64,000 nt of DNA from Eledone cirrhosa (Eukaryota): positions 157,418,001 through 157,482,000 of the forward strand of contig OZ024740.1 of NCBI GenBank assembly GCA_964016885.1, given 5' to 3'. Shown here one piece after another: positions 63,164 through 64,000 of this stretch. The notes under the pieces are model-generated. The model saw only the letters and a list, made by a program, of their open reading frames with translations, had not been told where the DNA came from and ran no database searches. Position 1 is the stretch's first letter; every line of letters begins with the position of its first letter. Made by a program: the position numbers and the translations under genes.

Positions 63164-64000
63164 CTCTAGAACACAACACATCGTTCAGTCCACTGGTTGA
63201 ACCCACGACCCTAAAATCAGGACAACATCATCGTACTCCCAAGGCCGCTTGCCTTGTAAAAACATTAATAAAAATTGAAAAGAAACAACATTCAGTATAT
63301 ATAATTGTTAATTTTATTCAACAAGAATGTAAATAAAATAAAATAAAAGTCATATAAGAATATTTTGTGATATATCAGAGCGCAAAGGATCTATCTGCAG
63401 TGCCTGGCTGTGATTTATTTATTTTCAATTTGTATAAAAATGTGAAGAAGATTTCAAATTTTGAGTTTTTTTTTTAATTTTCAAATCAATCTATTTACAG
63501 TTTAATAATTTAATAATAAAATTGATACTAACATAGAAACAGGGCCTCATTTATTCATTTTGTCTTTGAAGTGAAGGGTACAACCGATTATGTCTACCAA
63601 CAATACTTAACTGATATTTTATTTGATCAACCAGGTAAGGATGACAGGCAAAGTTTACCTTGGTACAATTTGAACTCAGAACATAAAAACCCGGAAAAAT
63701 TACCGCAAGGTATTTTGTTCGGCTCTCTAATAATTCTGTTAATCCATCATAAAAAGTTTTAACGTTTTTGAGTTTGGAAGTGTCAAATAAATTGCTCCGT
63801 AGTACTAAACTGGTACTTTATTTTAGCAACCACGGAAGGATGAAAGGCAAATTTGACCTCGGCGGGATTTGAACGTAAAGGGATTTGAACTAGGTATTAT
63901 GTCTGACGTTCTAACGTTTCAGCTAATCCACATAATAATAATAATGAGTGGAAATATTAAGTGAAAATCGATTCAGAATTTCATACCCCCACCCCACTAT

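Overview
AT-rich, repeat-dense eukaryotic DNA. The SINE, RTE and microsatellite landscape looks like a coleoid cephalopod (octopus-like); this is an inference, not a database result. One convincing protein-coding segment is present: a 6.3-kb single-exon ORF (43607-49948, +) encoding a disordered S/T/P-rich, probably nuclear protein with repeated SUMO-type (psiKxE) and TQT-type motifs. The rest is mostly decayed mobile DNA: CRE-like and RTE-like LINEs, Penelope-like element (PLE) fragments, a decayed piggyBac with six related MITEs, hAT MITEs and many tRNA-derived SINEs. Two unexplained structures stand out. (1) A ~6.7-kb nested palindrome (52704-59444) just downstream of the gene carries four type I hammerhead-ribozyme motifs of three sequence families. 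(2) A ~1-kb promoter/first-exon-like module is present in three diverged copies (~1.9-2.9, 5.8-6.7, 14.2-15.05 kb), with conserved motif islands and a conserved GTAAGT donor. All calls are by eye; boundaries of decayed elements are approximate.
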